Shown: one piece after another, positions 28,564 through 37,846 of the stretch
Layout: each line of letters begins with the position of its first letter
Numbering within the stretch: position 1 is the stretch's first letter
Source of the DNA: Gammaproteobacteria bacterium
GTDB lineage: Bacteria > Pseudomonadota > Gammaproteobacteria > Steroidobacterales > Rariloculaceae
Assembly (NCBI GenBank): GCA_036381015.1
Contig: DASVDR010000045.1
Span: 2,537 to 66,536, forward strand
Length of the DNA stretch: 64,000 bases
Reading direction: 5' to 3'
Made by a program: the position numbers and the translations under genes
Notes under the pieces: model-generated
What the model was told of the DNA's origin: nothing
Databases searched by the model: none
The model's input: only the letters and a program-made list of their open reading frames with translations

Positions 28564-30222
28564 ATGAAGAGCAGAAGCGTCCTGATCGTCGGCGGCGGCT
28601 CTTCCGGCTGGATAGCGGCCGCTTACCTCGAGGCCGCGCTTCGGGACGACCCCCGCGGCCGCGTCGAGATCACGCTCGTCGAGTCCGCCGATATCCCGCG
28701 GATCGGCGTCGGCGAAGCCACCGTTCCGAGCATCAACCACGTCCTCGCGGTCATCGACGTCAACCTCGCCGAGTTCATGCGCGCCGTCGAAGGCACGTTC
28801 AAGCAGTCCATCAGATTCGTCGACTGGCTGCACAAGGACAACCACGCCTACCACCACCCGTTCTCGCGGGAAGCCCAAGCCTCCATCGATCGCAAGGGCC
28901 TCGAGTGGCTCATGAGCGATCGCTCGATCCCGTACATGGAGACCGTGTCTTCGCAGCCGGAGCTCTGTCACCTCGGGCTGGCGCCGATGATGCTGAGCAA
29001 GTGGGACTTCGGCCCGCCGCTCGGCTATGCGTTCCATTTGAACGCGCAGAAGTTTGCCGATTATCTGCGGGACGTCGCGACGAAGCGCGGCGTTACGCAC
29101 GTGCTCGACGACGTGACCGACGTGGAGTTGAAGGAGGACGGCAGCATCGCGGCGGTCAGGACAAAGCAGGGCAAGCGGCTCTCGGCCGATCTGTTCATCG
29201 ACTGTACGGGTTTCGCGTCCCTGCTGATCGGGAAAGCCCTGAACGTTCGTTGGGTCGACTTCTCGCAATGGCTGTTGTGCAACCGCGCCCTCGTGATGCG
29301 CGTTCCGCACGAGCTCTACTATCCCGGGCAGGTGCGCCCTTACACGACCGCGACGGCGCTTTCGAGCGGCTGGGTCTGGGATATCGTGCAAACGACGGCC
29401 CGCTCGATCGGCTATGTGCATTCGAGCGAGCACATCAGCCTCGAGGCTGCAGAAGAGGAATTGCGGGCGTACGAGGGCCCGCACAGCAAAGACCTTCCCG
29501 TGCGAACCGTTCATTTCAGGGTGGGCATGCGCGAAAGGGCGTGGGTCAAAAACTGCTTCGCGATCGGGCTCTCCGGCGGCTTCATCGAGCCGCTCGAGTC
29601 GACGGGGCTTTACCTGAGCTACATGGCCGCCATCCTGCTCCAGGAGCACTTCCCGTATCGCGACGAGGACATGGAGGCGATGGCCTTTCGTGCGAATCGG
29701 GTGATGGCCACGCGTTACCACGAGATTCTCGATTTCATCAACATGCACTACTGCCTCACGAAGCGCACCGACACGGAATTCTGGAGAGAGGTGCAAAGAC
29801 CGGAGCGCATCGTTCCGCGCCTGAAGGCGAAGCTGGATTATTGGAGGCTGAAGCCGCCGTCGGCGGTCGACTTCGTGGATCAGTTCATGCCCGGGATGTC
29901 GAGCGAGAGCATGGCGCCTGCTGTGCTCCCGAGCGATGAGCGGCCGTTGATCGACACTGGCGGGCTCTGGAACTACCAGAGCTACGAATGCATTCTCTAC
30001 GGCATGGACTTCCTGGCGGACGAGTATCGCGCGCGGTACGGGCCGAATCGGCCCCCGCCGCGGGTTGCCGACGCCGTGGTCGAGCGGTTGCGCGCCGCGC
30101 CGTTCAAGCTGCCGCCTCATGACGTCTGGCTTCAGCGCGTGGTCGGCATGCCCGACTACGGGCCGCGAAACGACGACTGGTGCGCGGGCCGCCGCCCGCA
30201 GAGACGACACGTTCAAGTGTAA
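28564..30222 (+). CDS. Flavin-dependent halogenase (tryptophan halogenase family)
   Basis: GGGSSG, IGVGEAT, TFKQSI (active-site Lys region), FIDCTGF, FIEPLESTG; WxWxIP appears as WVWDIV. Confidence 0.9.
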   Translation: MKSRSVLIVGGGSSGWIAAAYLEAALRDDPRGRVEITLVESADIPRIGVGEATVPSINHVLAVIDVNLAEFMRAVEGTFKQSIRFVDWLHKDNHAYHHPFSREAQASIDRKGLEWLMSDRSIPYMETVSSQPELCHLGLAPMMLSKWDFGPPLGYAFHLNAQKFADYLRDVATKRGVTHVLDDVTDVELKEDGSIAAVRTKQGKRLSADLFIDCTGFASLLIGKALNVRWVDFSQWLLCNRALVMRVPHELYYPGQVRPYTTATALSSGWVWDIVQTTARSIGYVHSSEHISLEAAEEELRAYEGPHSKDLPVRTVHFRVGMRERAWVKNCFAIGLSGGFIEPLESTGLYLSYMAAILLQEHFPYRDEDMEAMAFRANRVMATRYHEILDFINMHYCLTKRTDTEFWREVQRPERIVPRLKAKLDYWRLKPPSAVDFVDQFMPGMSSESMAPAVLPSDERPLIDTGGLWNYQSYECILYGMDFLADEYRARYGPNRPPPRVADAVVERLRAAPFKLPPHDVWLQRVVGMPDYGPRNDDWCAGRRPQRRHVQV

Positions 30223-30530
30223 TGCAGCGTTCGTCGTGCTGCCGGCCGTGCCGTCAGAGCGAAGAATTCGGCCATTCCTGATCTGGAAAGATCCGCCCCC
30301 ACCGAGCGCGATATCCCCCTTCTCCTGCCGCGCTTAAAACTTCTTATGATGTGAGGCAGGTTGGAAGGCCGGATGGCTCGCTTCGTCGACCGCTACACGG
30401 TGGCGACGGGCCCTTCGAAAGTACTATCCTTTAGTCCGAAAGATTCTTTGCGCTCGTGAGGGATTGAGGACATGGGCCGTATGGAAGACGTCGCCGCTGT
30501 TTCCGAAGCGAGGAAGCGATCTCGGAATCA

Positions 30531-32915
30531 ATGGAGAAGCTCGTGAATACCAGGAGGCTACTCGGAGCCGTCGCGCTCGGCGCACTGGCGGCCGGCTGCG
30601 GCGTGGTCGGCAATGAAGGAGAGCGGCAGGCGGCCGTCATCGCCTCGAAGTGTCTCGACTGCCACAACGAGGTCGAGCGGGTCGCGGATCTGAATCTGGA
30701 GGCGCTCCGCCTCGAGCCCGTCTGGTCCCATGCCGAGACTTGGGAGCTGGTCATCCGCAAGCTTCGCGCGGGTTTGATGCCGCCGTCGGACGGTCCGAAG
30801 CTCGACCGGGAGGCGCGCGCCGAGCTCGTGTCGTGGATAGAGGATGAAATCGACAGCCACGCGGAAATGCATCTCCCGGCCCCGGGTCTCCACCGGCTGA
30901 ACCGCACCGAATACACGAACGCGATCCGCGATCTGCTGGGCCTGCACATCGACGCCACCACCTTCCTGCCTCCGGACGACTCCAGTCACGGGTTCGACAA
31001 CATGGCCGGCACGTTGACCACGTCGCCGGCGCTGATGGAGGCGTACTTGTCGGCCGCCGGCGATATCGCTCGGCTCGCGATCGGCACTGAGACAGCCCCG
31101 ACGCTGGCTGTGTTCGATGCGCCGCATGACACTTCTCAGAACACTCACGTCGAAGGGCTGCCGTTCGGTACACGCGGCGGGATGTTGATCGAGCACGAGT
31201 TCCCGGCGGACGGCGAATACATCTTCACCGTGAAGGGAATGACGGGTTACTTCACCCGCGTCCTGGGGAACGTCAAGGGTGAGAAGCTCGAGGTCACGAT
31301 CGACGGCGAGCGCGTGTATCTGTACGACTGGGACAAGGAGATCGGAAACCAGGAAGGCAACGGGGGCCGGACACCGGCTATCCCGATCAAGGCCGGTTTC
31401 CACAAGGTCGGCGTAACGTTCATCGCCACGAGCGACCTGCCCGACACCGGGCTGAACAAGTCGTTCGTTCGCACGATGAACTCGCCGGGTGCGATCTCGG
31501 GGTATACCTTCTACCCGCACGTCGGCCAGGTCTTCATCGAAGGGCCGTACAACGCTCGTCCGGCAGCGAGCACTCAGAGCCGCGAGAAGATCTTCGAGTG
31601 TTACCCCGATAGCGCCAGCGAGGAGAGCGAGTGCGCGCGGCAGATCATTTCAACGCTGGTCACCAAAGCCTTTCGTCGTCCCGCCACCGAGGCCGACATC
31701 GAGGTCATAATGGACTTCTTCCAGGCCGGGCGCGACGAAGGCGGGAGCTTCGATTACGGCATCGAGGCGGCGGTGCAGCGCATCCTGGCGGATCCGGAGT
31801 TCATTTACCGTGCCGAAATCGAGCCGGCCGGCGTCGCTCCCGGTGAGCCTTATCGGATCAGCGATCTCGAGCTGGCCTCGCGCCTCTCGTTCTTCCTCTG
31901 GAGCAGCATTCCGGACGAGGAGTTGATCCAGCTGGGCGCCGAGGGCCGTCTCCACGAAAGCGACGTGCTCGAGGAGCAAATCCACCGGATGATTGCCGAT
32001 CCGCGCTCCGATGCGTTCATCAAGAACTTCACGGGGCAATGGCTGAACGTTCGTGGCCTGCAGGCCAGGGAGCCGGTCGTCGAGCTCTTTCCGAATTTCG
32101 ACAGCACGCTTCGCGATGCAATGCGGCGCGAGATCGAGCTGTTTTTCGGCAGCATCATTCAGGAAGATCGCAGCATCCTGGACTTGCTGACGGCCGACTA
32201 CACCTTCCTCAACGAACGGCTCGCCAAGCATTACGGGATTCCGGACGTTTACGGCTCGCAGTTCCGACGCGTGGAACTGGGGCCGGAATTCGACATGCGG
32301 CGCGGGCTGCTCGGCAAGGGCGCCTTGCTGACGATCACGTCCGAGGCGGCCCGTACGTCGCCGGTCAAACGGGGCAAGTGGTTCCTGGAAACGTTCTTGG
32401 GCATCAGTCCTCCCAATCCGCCTCCGGGCGTCGAGACGGATCTGACGCCTGTTGAAGGCGAAGCGCCGAAAACTCTCCGGGCACGGCTGGAAGCGCATCA
32501 CACCAACCCGAACTGCGCTGCCTGCCATACGACCTTCGAGCCGATGGGGTTCGCCATGGAGAATTTCGACGCCGTCGGCAAGTGGCGGACCGAAGATGCC
32601 GGCATGCCGATCGATGCCACAGGCGTCACTAACGACGGGACGCAGCTCGAGGGCATCAACGACCTGCGCGAGTTCACCGTGCGTAACGGTGATCTGTTCG
32701 CTCAGGACGTGGTCGAAAAGCTGCTGACCTATGCCCTAGGCCGCGGTCTCACGTACGAGGACATGCCGCTGGTCCGGTCGATCACGCGAAACGCGGCCGA
32801 GGACGACTATCGATTTTCGTCGTTGCTCATGGGGGTCATCGAGAGTCCGGCGTTCACGATGAACCTGAAGACTGCGATCTCCATGGACACGAAAGTTGCG
32901 AAGAGTGGGGAGTAA
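30531..32915 (+). CDS. DUF1592 family (PSD-domain) c-type cytochrome lipoprotein
   Basis: Lipobox LAAGC; CLDCH and CAACH heme motifs; RLNRTEY, ELASRLSFFLW, TSPVKRGKW, ENFDAVG. Start may be GTG 30543. Confidence 0.88.
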   Translation: MEKLVNTRRLLGAVALGALAAGCGVVGNEGERQAAVIASKCLDCHNEVERVADLNLEALRLEPVWSHAETWELVIRKLRAGLMPPSDGPKLDREARAELVSWIEDEIDSHAEMHLPAPGLHRLNRTEYTNAIRDLLGLHIDATTFLPPDDSSHGFDNMAGTLTTSPALMEAYLSAAGDIARLAIGTETAPTLAVFDAPHDTSQNTHVEGLPFGTRGGMLIEHEFPADGEYIFTVKGMTGYFTRVLGNVKGEKLEVTIDGERVYLYDWDKEIGNQEGNGGRTPAIPIKAGFHKVGVTFIATSDLPDTGLNKSFVRTMNSPGAISGYTFYPHVGQVFIEGPYNARPAASTQSREKIFECYPDSASEESECARQIISTLVTKAFRRPATEADIEVIMDFFQAGRDEGGSFDYGIEAAVQRILADPEFIYRAEIEPAGVAPGEPYRISDLELASRLSFFLWSSIPDEELIQLGAEGRLHESDVLEEQIHRMIADPRSDAFIKNFTGQWLNVRGLQAREPVVELFPNFDSTLRDAMRREIELFFGSIIQEDRSILDLLTADYTFLNERLAKHYGIPDVYGSQFRRVELGPEFDMRRGLLGKGALLTITSEAARTSPVKRGKWFLETFLGISPPNPPPGVETDLTPVEGEAPKTLRARLEAHHTNPNCAACHTTFEPMGFAMENFDAVGKWRTEDAGMPIDATGVTNDGTQLEGINDLREFTVRNGDLFAQDVVEKLLTYALGRGLTYEDMPLVRSITRNAAEDDYRFSSLLMGVIESPAFTMNLKTAISMDTKVAKSGE

Positions 32916-32919
32916 GCCG

Positions 32920-34269
32920 ATGTTCATTACCAAGAAGCACCTTTCACGACGTACGCTGCTCCGGGGCGCCGGCGTGGCACTGGGGCTCCCGCTGCTCGAC
33001 GCGATGATACCCGCCGCGACCGCACTGGCGCAGACGGCCGCGGCTACGCCGCGTCGATTCTTCGCAGGCTTCGTCCCTCACGGCGCGGCGCCGGGCTATT
33101 GGGTTCCGGAGAAAGAAGGCCCGCTGCCCGCAAAGCTGCCGTTCATCTGGCAGCCTCTCGAGCCGTTCCGTGACCGCCTGACGATCCTGACCGGCCTGCA
33201 TTCCCGCTCCTCCGAGCCGCCTCCGGGCGAAACGGGTGCCGATCACTGGGTCGCCGCGGCCTTCCTCTGCGCCGAGAAGCCGAAGAAGACCGCGGGCGCG
33301 GATGTCCGCGCGGGCCACACGATCGACCAGATCATTGCCGAAAAGATCGGCCGGGAAACGCTTCTGCCTTCCGTGGAGATGTCGGTCGAGGATCCCGGCT
33401 CGGGCTCGAGCAACTGCGGTGAGGGTTACAGTTGCGTCTACACGAACACGATCTCCTGGTCGTCACCGACGACGCCTCTGCCGATGGAGTTGAACCCGCA
33501 GGTCGTGTTCGAGCGCATGTTCGGAAGTGGAAGCTCGACCGAGCAGCGCATTGCGCGCCGCGAGCGCAACCAAAGCATCCTGGACTCGATCAACGGCAAG
33601 ATCTCGAGTCTGCGTAAGAAGATCAGCGTTCCGGACCGTTCCCGCCTCGATGCTTACACCGAGAACGTCCGGGAGATCGAGCGTCGGCTTGCGATCGCCG
33701 CGACCGCCACCACGGCCGCGCCCGAAGATTTCGCCGTGCCGCCGGGCATTCCGCAGTCCTTCGACGAGCACATCAAGCTGATGTTCGACCTGCTGGCCTT
33801 GGCCTTCCAGGCCGATATAACCCGTGTGGGCACGCTGCTCTTCGCGCGCGACCTCACGGGCCGTGTCTATCCCGAAAGCGAAGCACCCACTTTGGGCTTC
33901 CACGGCGGATCGCATCACGGCGAGGATCCGCAACGGATCAACGAGTTCTCCAAGATCAACCAGTACCACGTCAAGATGTTGGCGTACTTCGCCGACAAGC
34001 TGGCGAAGACGGAGGACGGCGACGGCACGCTGCTCGACCATTCGCTGCTGCTCTACGGCAGCAACATGGGCAACCCGAACCAGCACCTGCATTACGACGT
34101 GCCGCACGTGATTCTCGGCGGGAACCACGGGAGGATGAAAGGCGGGCGCCACCTCGCGTACCCCACGAAGACCGTGCCGACGGGCAACCTGCTGCTGAGC
34201 CTCCTGGACCAGTTCGACATTCACCGCGACAGCTTCGGCGACAGCACGGGACGGCTGGAGAACTTGTAA
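32920..34269 (+). CDS. DUF1552 (HXXSHH) family protein
   Basis: Tat-like SRRTLLRGAG; FHGGSHH; GTLLDHSLLLYGS. Confidence 0.88.
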   Translation: MFITKKHLSRRTLLRGAGVALGLPLLDAMIPAATALAQTAAATPRRFFAGFVPHGAAPGYWVPEKEGPLPAKLPFIWQPLEPFRDRLTILTGLHSRSSEPPPGETGADHWVAAAFLCAEKPKKTAGADVRAGHTIDQIIAEKIGRETLLPSVEMSVEDPGSGSSNCGEGYSCVYTNTISWSSPTTPLPMELNPQVVFERMFGSGSSTEQRIARRERNQSILDSINGKISSLRKKISVPDRSRLDAYTENVREIERRLAIAATATTAAPEDFAVPPGIPQSFDEHIKLMFDLLALAFQADITRVGTLLFARDLTGRVYPESEAPTLGFHGGSHHGEDPQRINEFSKINQYHVKMLAYFADKLAKTEDGDGTLLDHSLLLYGSNMGNPNQHLHYDVPHVILGGNHGRMKGGRHLAYPTKTVPTGNLLLSLLDQFDIHRDSFGDSTGRLENL

Positions 34270-36084
34270 ATGGCAGGGATCAGAGCAGTCGCCGCGTTGG
34301 CGTTGGCGCTCGCGTGCGCAAACGTTGCGTTCGCGCAGTCCCAGTCCCGCGTGGCCGATGCCGCGATGCAGCGCGACGCGGACGAAGTGCGCCGCCTGGT
34401 GGAGGAGGGCGTCGACGTGAACGCCCCGCAAGCCGACGGCGCCACGGCGCTGCACTGGGCGGCCTACTATGGCGACGCGGACCTGGCCCGGCTGCTGCTC
34501 GAGGCCGGTGCCGATCCGTCGGCGGCCAATCGTAACGGCTCGACCCCGCTGTGGCTCGCCGCGGAACGGGGCGACGCGGCGATGATCGCGATTCTGCTCG
34601 ACGGCGGGGCGGATGCGAACGAAGAGCTCCCGCTCGGGCGCCGGCCCCTGATGTTGGCCGCGCGCTCCGGCAGCGTGGATGCGGTTCGGGTGCTGCTGGA
34701 GCACGGCGCCGATCCGAACGCGAGTGAGACCGCCCGCGGAACCACCGCCTTGATGCAGGCGGCCGACCAGGGCCATGCGGACGTCATTGCCGTGCTGGTC
34801 GAGCACGGCGCCGATGTCGCGGCCAAGTCCGCTCCGGTCTTTCGAGACGGCCGCACGGCGGCGCTCGGCCATTCCGAGGACCCGAGGAACGCCGTAAGGC
34901 GGCAGGTCATCGCCATCCTCTGCGAGGATCCGAACCCGAACCTGACCAGGATGATGGAGCTGGTCAGAGAGAGCACCGACAGAGTGTGGGTCGACCTCCT
35001 CCAGTCGGATGCCGATGTCACCGTCGAGGACATCTGCAGCAAAGTGGAACGCGGCGCCCTGGGCTTCGTGAATGCAGGCGGCAGAGGCAACCGCGAGGAA
35101 AGGGAGCCCGACGGCGGCGAGTTGACGGCCCTCGTGTACGCGGCCCGAACGGGCAGCATCGACGCCGCACGCGTCCTGCTGGAAGCCGGGGCCGACGTGA
35201 ATCAGGTCACCCGGTACGGCTGGAGCCCGCTTCTGGCCGCAACGCAGAACCGGAACTATCAGATGGGGAAATTCCTCATCGAGCACGGGGCCGATGTCAA
35301 TATCGCCAACAAGGGCGGTTGGACGCCGCTGTACCTCGCGACGGACAATCGCAACCTCGAGGGCGGTGACTATCCCACCCGCACGCCCGATATGGACGAC
35401 CTGGAGTACATCAAGCTCCTCCTCGAATCGGGCGCGGATCCGAATGCCCGGATCATCGAGAGCACGGAGACCCGGACGGTCTTCACGAACCAATGGCTGG
35501 ATGAAGAAGGAGCCACGGCCTTCCTGAGGGCGTCGCAGTCCGGCGACGTCGAGCTGATGCGGCTTCTGCTCTCGTACGGTGCCGATCCCCATATCAACAC
35601 CAAGCTGGGCGTCACGCCGCTGGCCGTGGCCGCCGGTATCGGATGGGTCGAGGGGATCACGAGCGAATGGTCGCCCGAGCAGACGGTCGAAGCGGTGAAG
35701 CTGTTGCTGGAGCTCGGCATCGATCCGAATCACCAGGCCGACACCGGTCGGGTGGCCCTGCACGGCGCTGCGCACAAGGGGGCCACCGAGGTGGTGCGTG
35801 TGCTGGTGGCGGCGGGCGCGAGAATGGACATCCGCGATTTCGGCAATACCGACAACCGCGGCAGCCCGGAGCTCGCTGCGCACACGTGGCTGCCGATCGA
35901 TTACGCCGATGGCCTCGTTCGCGTCGGAGTCCAGTCCGCCATTCCGCATCCGGAAACCGCGAAGGTCCTCCGCGAGCTGATGAAGGAAGCAGGTCTCGAG
36001 CCGCCGCCCGAAGGCCGCACGCTGGAATCGATTTGCATCGTGGAGGTGTGCTCGCCGGACTACGACCCGGTCGAGTACAACTGA
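34270..36084 (+). CDS. Exported ankyrin-repeat protein
   Basis: Signal peptide; many GxTALHxAA/TPL repeats; starts immediately after the DUF1552 stop. Confidence 0.9.
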   Translation: MAGIRAVAALALALACANVAFAQSQSRVADAAMQRDADEVRRLVEEGVDVNAPQADGATALHWAAYYGDADLARLLLEAGADPSAANRNGSTPLWLAAERGDAAMIAILLDGGADANEELPLGRRPLMLAARSGSVDAVRVLLEHGADPNASETARGTTALMQAADQGHADVIAVLVEHGADVAAKSAPVFRDGRTAALGHSEDPRNAVRRQVIAILCEDPNPNLTRMMELVRESTDRVWVDLLQSDADVTVEDICSKVERGALGFVNAGGRGNREEREPDGGELTALVYAARTGSIDAARVLLEAGADVNQVTRYGWSPLLAATQNRNYQMGKFLIEHGADVNIANKGGWTPLYLATDNRNLEGGDYPTRTPDMDDLEYIKLLLESGADPNARIIESTETRTVFTNQWLDEEGATAFLRASQSGDVELMRLLLSYGADPHINTKLGVTPLAVAAGIGWVEGITSEWSPEQTVEAVKLLLELGIDPNHQADTGRVALHGAAHKGATEVVRVLVAAGARMDIRDFGNTDNRGSPELAAHTWLPIDYADGLVRVGVQSAIPHPETAKVLRELMKEAGLEPPPEGRTLESICIVEVCSPDYDPVEYN

Positions 36085-36097
36085 TTCGACTCAGCTC

Positions 36098-36159
36098 GCC
36101 TCGAGGCTGCGATCCTCGCCGCGGAGACACCGCGCGGCGTTGATCGCAGTTCTCGAGGC
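36098..36159. repeat. Long imperfect intergenic hairpin
   Basis: GCCTCGAG/CTCGAGGC, CTGCGATC/GATCGCAG and CGCCGCG/CGCGGCG arms nest into one stem. Confidence 0.55.
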
Positions 36160-36281
36160 TCGGCGCCCCGTTCGAAGAACGCCCGCCATATCGGTCTTCG
36201 AGTAGCCCCCCGCGGTTCCTGCCCTGGCCACGGCATGGAACTTGCTCCGAAAGGTCCTTTTCCGCATCGCAGCTCTCGACA

Positions 36282-37628
36282 ATGGCGAGACGCTATCGGC
36301 TGGTCGTCATCGGCACCGGAAGCGCGGCGACGACCGTTGCCGCGCGCGTTCGCGAGATCGGTTGGAGCGTCGCGATCGTCGACTTCCGGCCGTTCGCCGG
36401 GACGTGCGCGCTCCGCGGCTGCGACCCGAAGAAGCTGCTCGTCGGCGCTGCGGAGGCGGTGGACGTCGCGCGGAGGATGAGTGCGCGCGGAGTGCGGGGC
36501 GAGCTTCGGATCGACTGGCCGGCGTTGATCGCGTTCGAGCGCCGGGAGATCGAGACCGTACCCGCGCAGCGTGAGCGCCGCTATCGGGAAGCCGGCATCG
36601 ACGCATTTCGCGGCCGGGCGCGCTTCACCGCACGCAACGTCGTCGACGTCGACGGCACGGTGCTCGAAGCCGAGCACGTCGTGATCGCGAGCGGAGCGGA
36701 GCCTGCGAGGCTCGGCATCCCCGGCGAAGAGCATCTGATCACGAACGAGGAGTTTTTCGCGCTCCGTCGGTTGCCGCCGAGGATCGTGCTCGTCGGCGGA
36801 GGCTACATCGCGGCCGAGTTCTCGCACGTCGCGGCGATCGCCGGCGCGAAGGTCACGATCGTGCACCGAGGCGAGCGGATGCTGAAGACGTTCGACCCCG
36901 ATCTCGTCGACTGGCTGATGGAGAAGTTCGATCGGCTCGGAATCGAGGTGCGAACGAAGGCCGAGGTCACGGCCATCGAGAGCCTGCCGGGCGGCGGGTT
37001 CCGCGTGCATGTCGAAGAAGGTGGGGGCGGACACGTGGACGCGGATCTCGTGGTTCACGCGGCAGGGCGCGTGCCGGCGCTCGGGGAGCTGCATCCCGAG
37101 CGGGCCGGGGTGTCGGTGAGGAACGGCCGCCTCGAGCTCAACGAATATCTTCAAAGCACGTCGAACCCGACGGTGTATGCCGCCGGCGACGCCGCGCAGA
37201 AGGGGCCGCCGCTGACGCCCGTGTCGAGCCGCGACGGCGAGGTCGTGGCCGAGAACCTGGTTCACGGCAATCGCACGCGCGTCGACTATTCCGGCATTCC
37301 GAGCGTGGCGTTCACGGTCCCCCCGATTGCGGCCGTCGGCCTCGGTGAAGAGGAGGCGCGCAAGCAAGGCCGCACCTGCCGAGCTCGAAGCGCCCGTGCG
37401 TCGGAGTGGTACACGGCGCGCCAGGCCGGCGAGCCGGTCTACGGCTTCAAGGTGCTGATCGATAGCGATACCGACTGCATTCTCGGCGCGCACCTCGTCG
37501 GACCGCACGCCGACGAGCTGATCAACGTGTTCGCCCTCGCCATTCGCAACGGGCTCACCGCCGCCCAGCTGCGTGCGACGATGTTCGGCTATCCCACCGC
37601 GGCATCCGATATCGCGCACATGCTCTGA
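36282..37628 (+). CDS. Glutathione-reductase-like pyridine nucleotide-disulfide oxidoreductase
   Basis: GTGSAA, redox motif CALRGC, GGGYIAAE, YAAGD; C-terminal YPTAASD; no MerA C-terminal Cys-Cys. Confidence 0.88.
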   Translation: MARRYRLVVIGTGSAATTVAARVREIGWSVAIVDFRPFAGTCALRGCDPKKLLVGAAEAVDVARRMSARGVRGELRIDWPALIAFERREIETVPAQRERRYREAGIDAFRGRARFTARNVVDVDGTVLEAEHVVIASGAEPARLGIPGEEHLITNEEFFALRRLPPRIVLVGGGYIAAEFSHVAAIAGAKVTIVHRGERMLKTFDPDLVDWLMEKFDRLGIEVRTKAEVTAIESLPGGGFRVHVEEGGGGHVDADLVVHAAGRVPALGELHPERAGVSVRNGRLELNEYLQSTSNPTVYAAGDAAQKGPPLTPVSSRDGEVVAENLVHGNRTRVDYSGIPSVAFTVPPIAAVGLGEEEARKQGRTCRARSARASEWYTARQAGEPVYGFKVLIDSDTDCILGAHLVGPHADELINVFALAIRNGLTAAQLRATMFGYPTAASDIAHML

Positions 37629-37649
37629 GCTTTCGCCGCTCGCGAAAGC
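37629..37649 (+). terminator. Hairpin directly after the oxidoreductase stop codon
   Basis: GCTTTCGC-CGCTC-GCGAAAGC; no strong U tract. Confidence 0.4.
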
Positions 37650-37846
37650 GAAATCTCTCTCCAAATTGTGCGATCGAGGACGGGGCGCGCCGGCTCCGTC
37701 GCTCCCATTTGCGTTCCGTCTCGGGACGGTACCTTTTTTGCAGGGGACGTGATTGCTCGCCGGTGCAACTCGGCTCGGAGCGAGGAGGCGACGGGGAGGG
37801 CCGCCGGCGCACGCGAGATAGATCAGTGACGGTCTGGGAGGTTTCG

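Noticed and set aside
33463-35949. 828-aa minus-strand ORF
   Set aside because: Antisense shadow of the DUF1552 and ankyrin genes; long shadow ORFs are expected at this GC content and it has no motifs.
36282-37628. merA call for the disulfide oxidoreductase near metal genes
   Set aside because: Lacks the C-terminal Cys-Cys pair and NmerA domain; no mer genes nearby.
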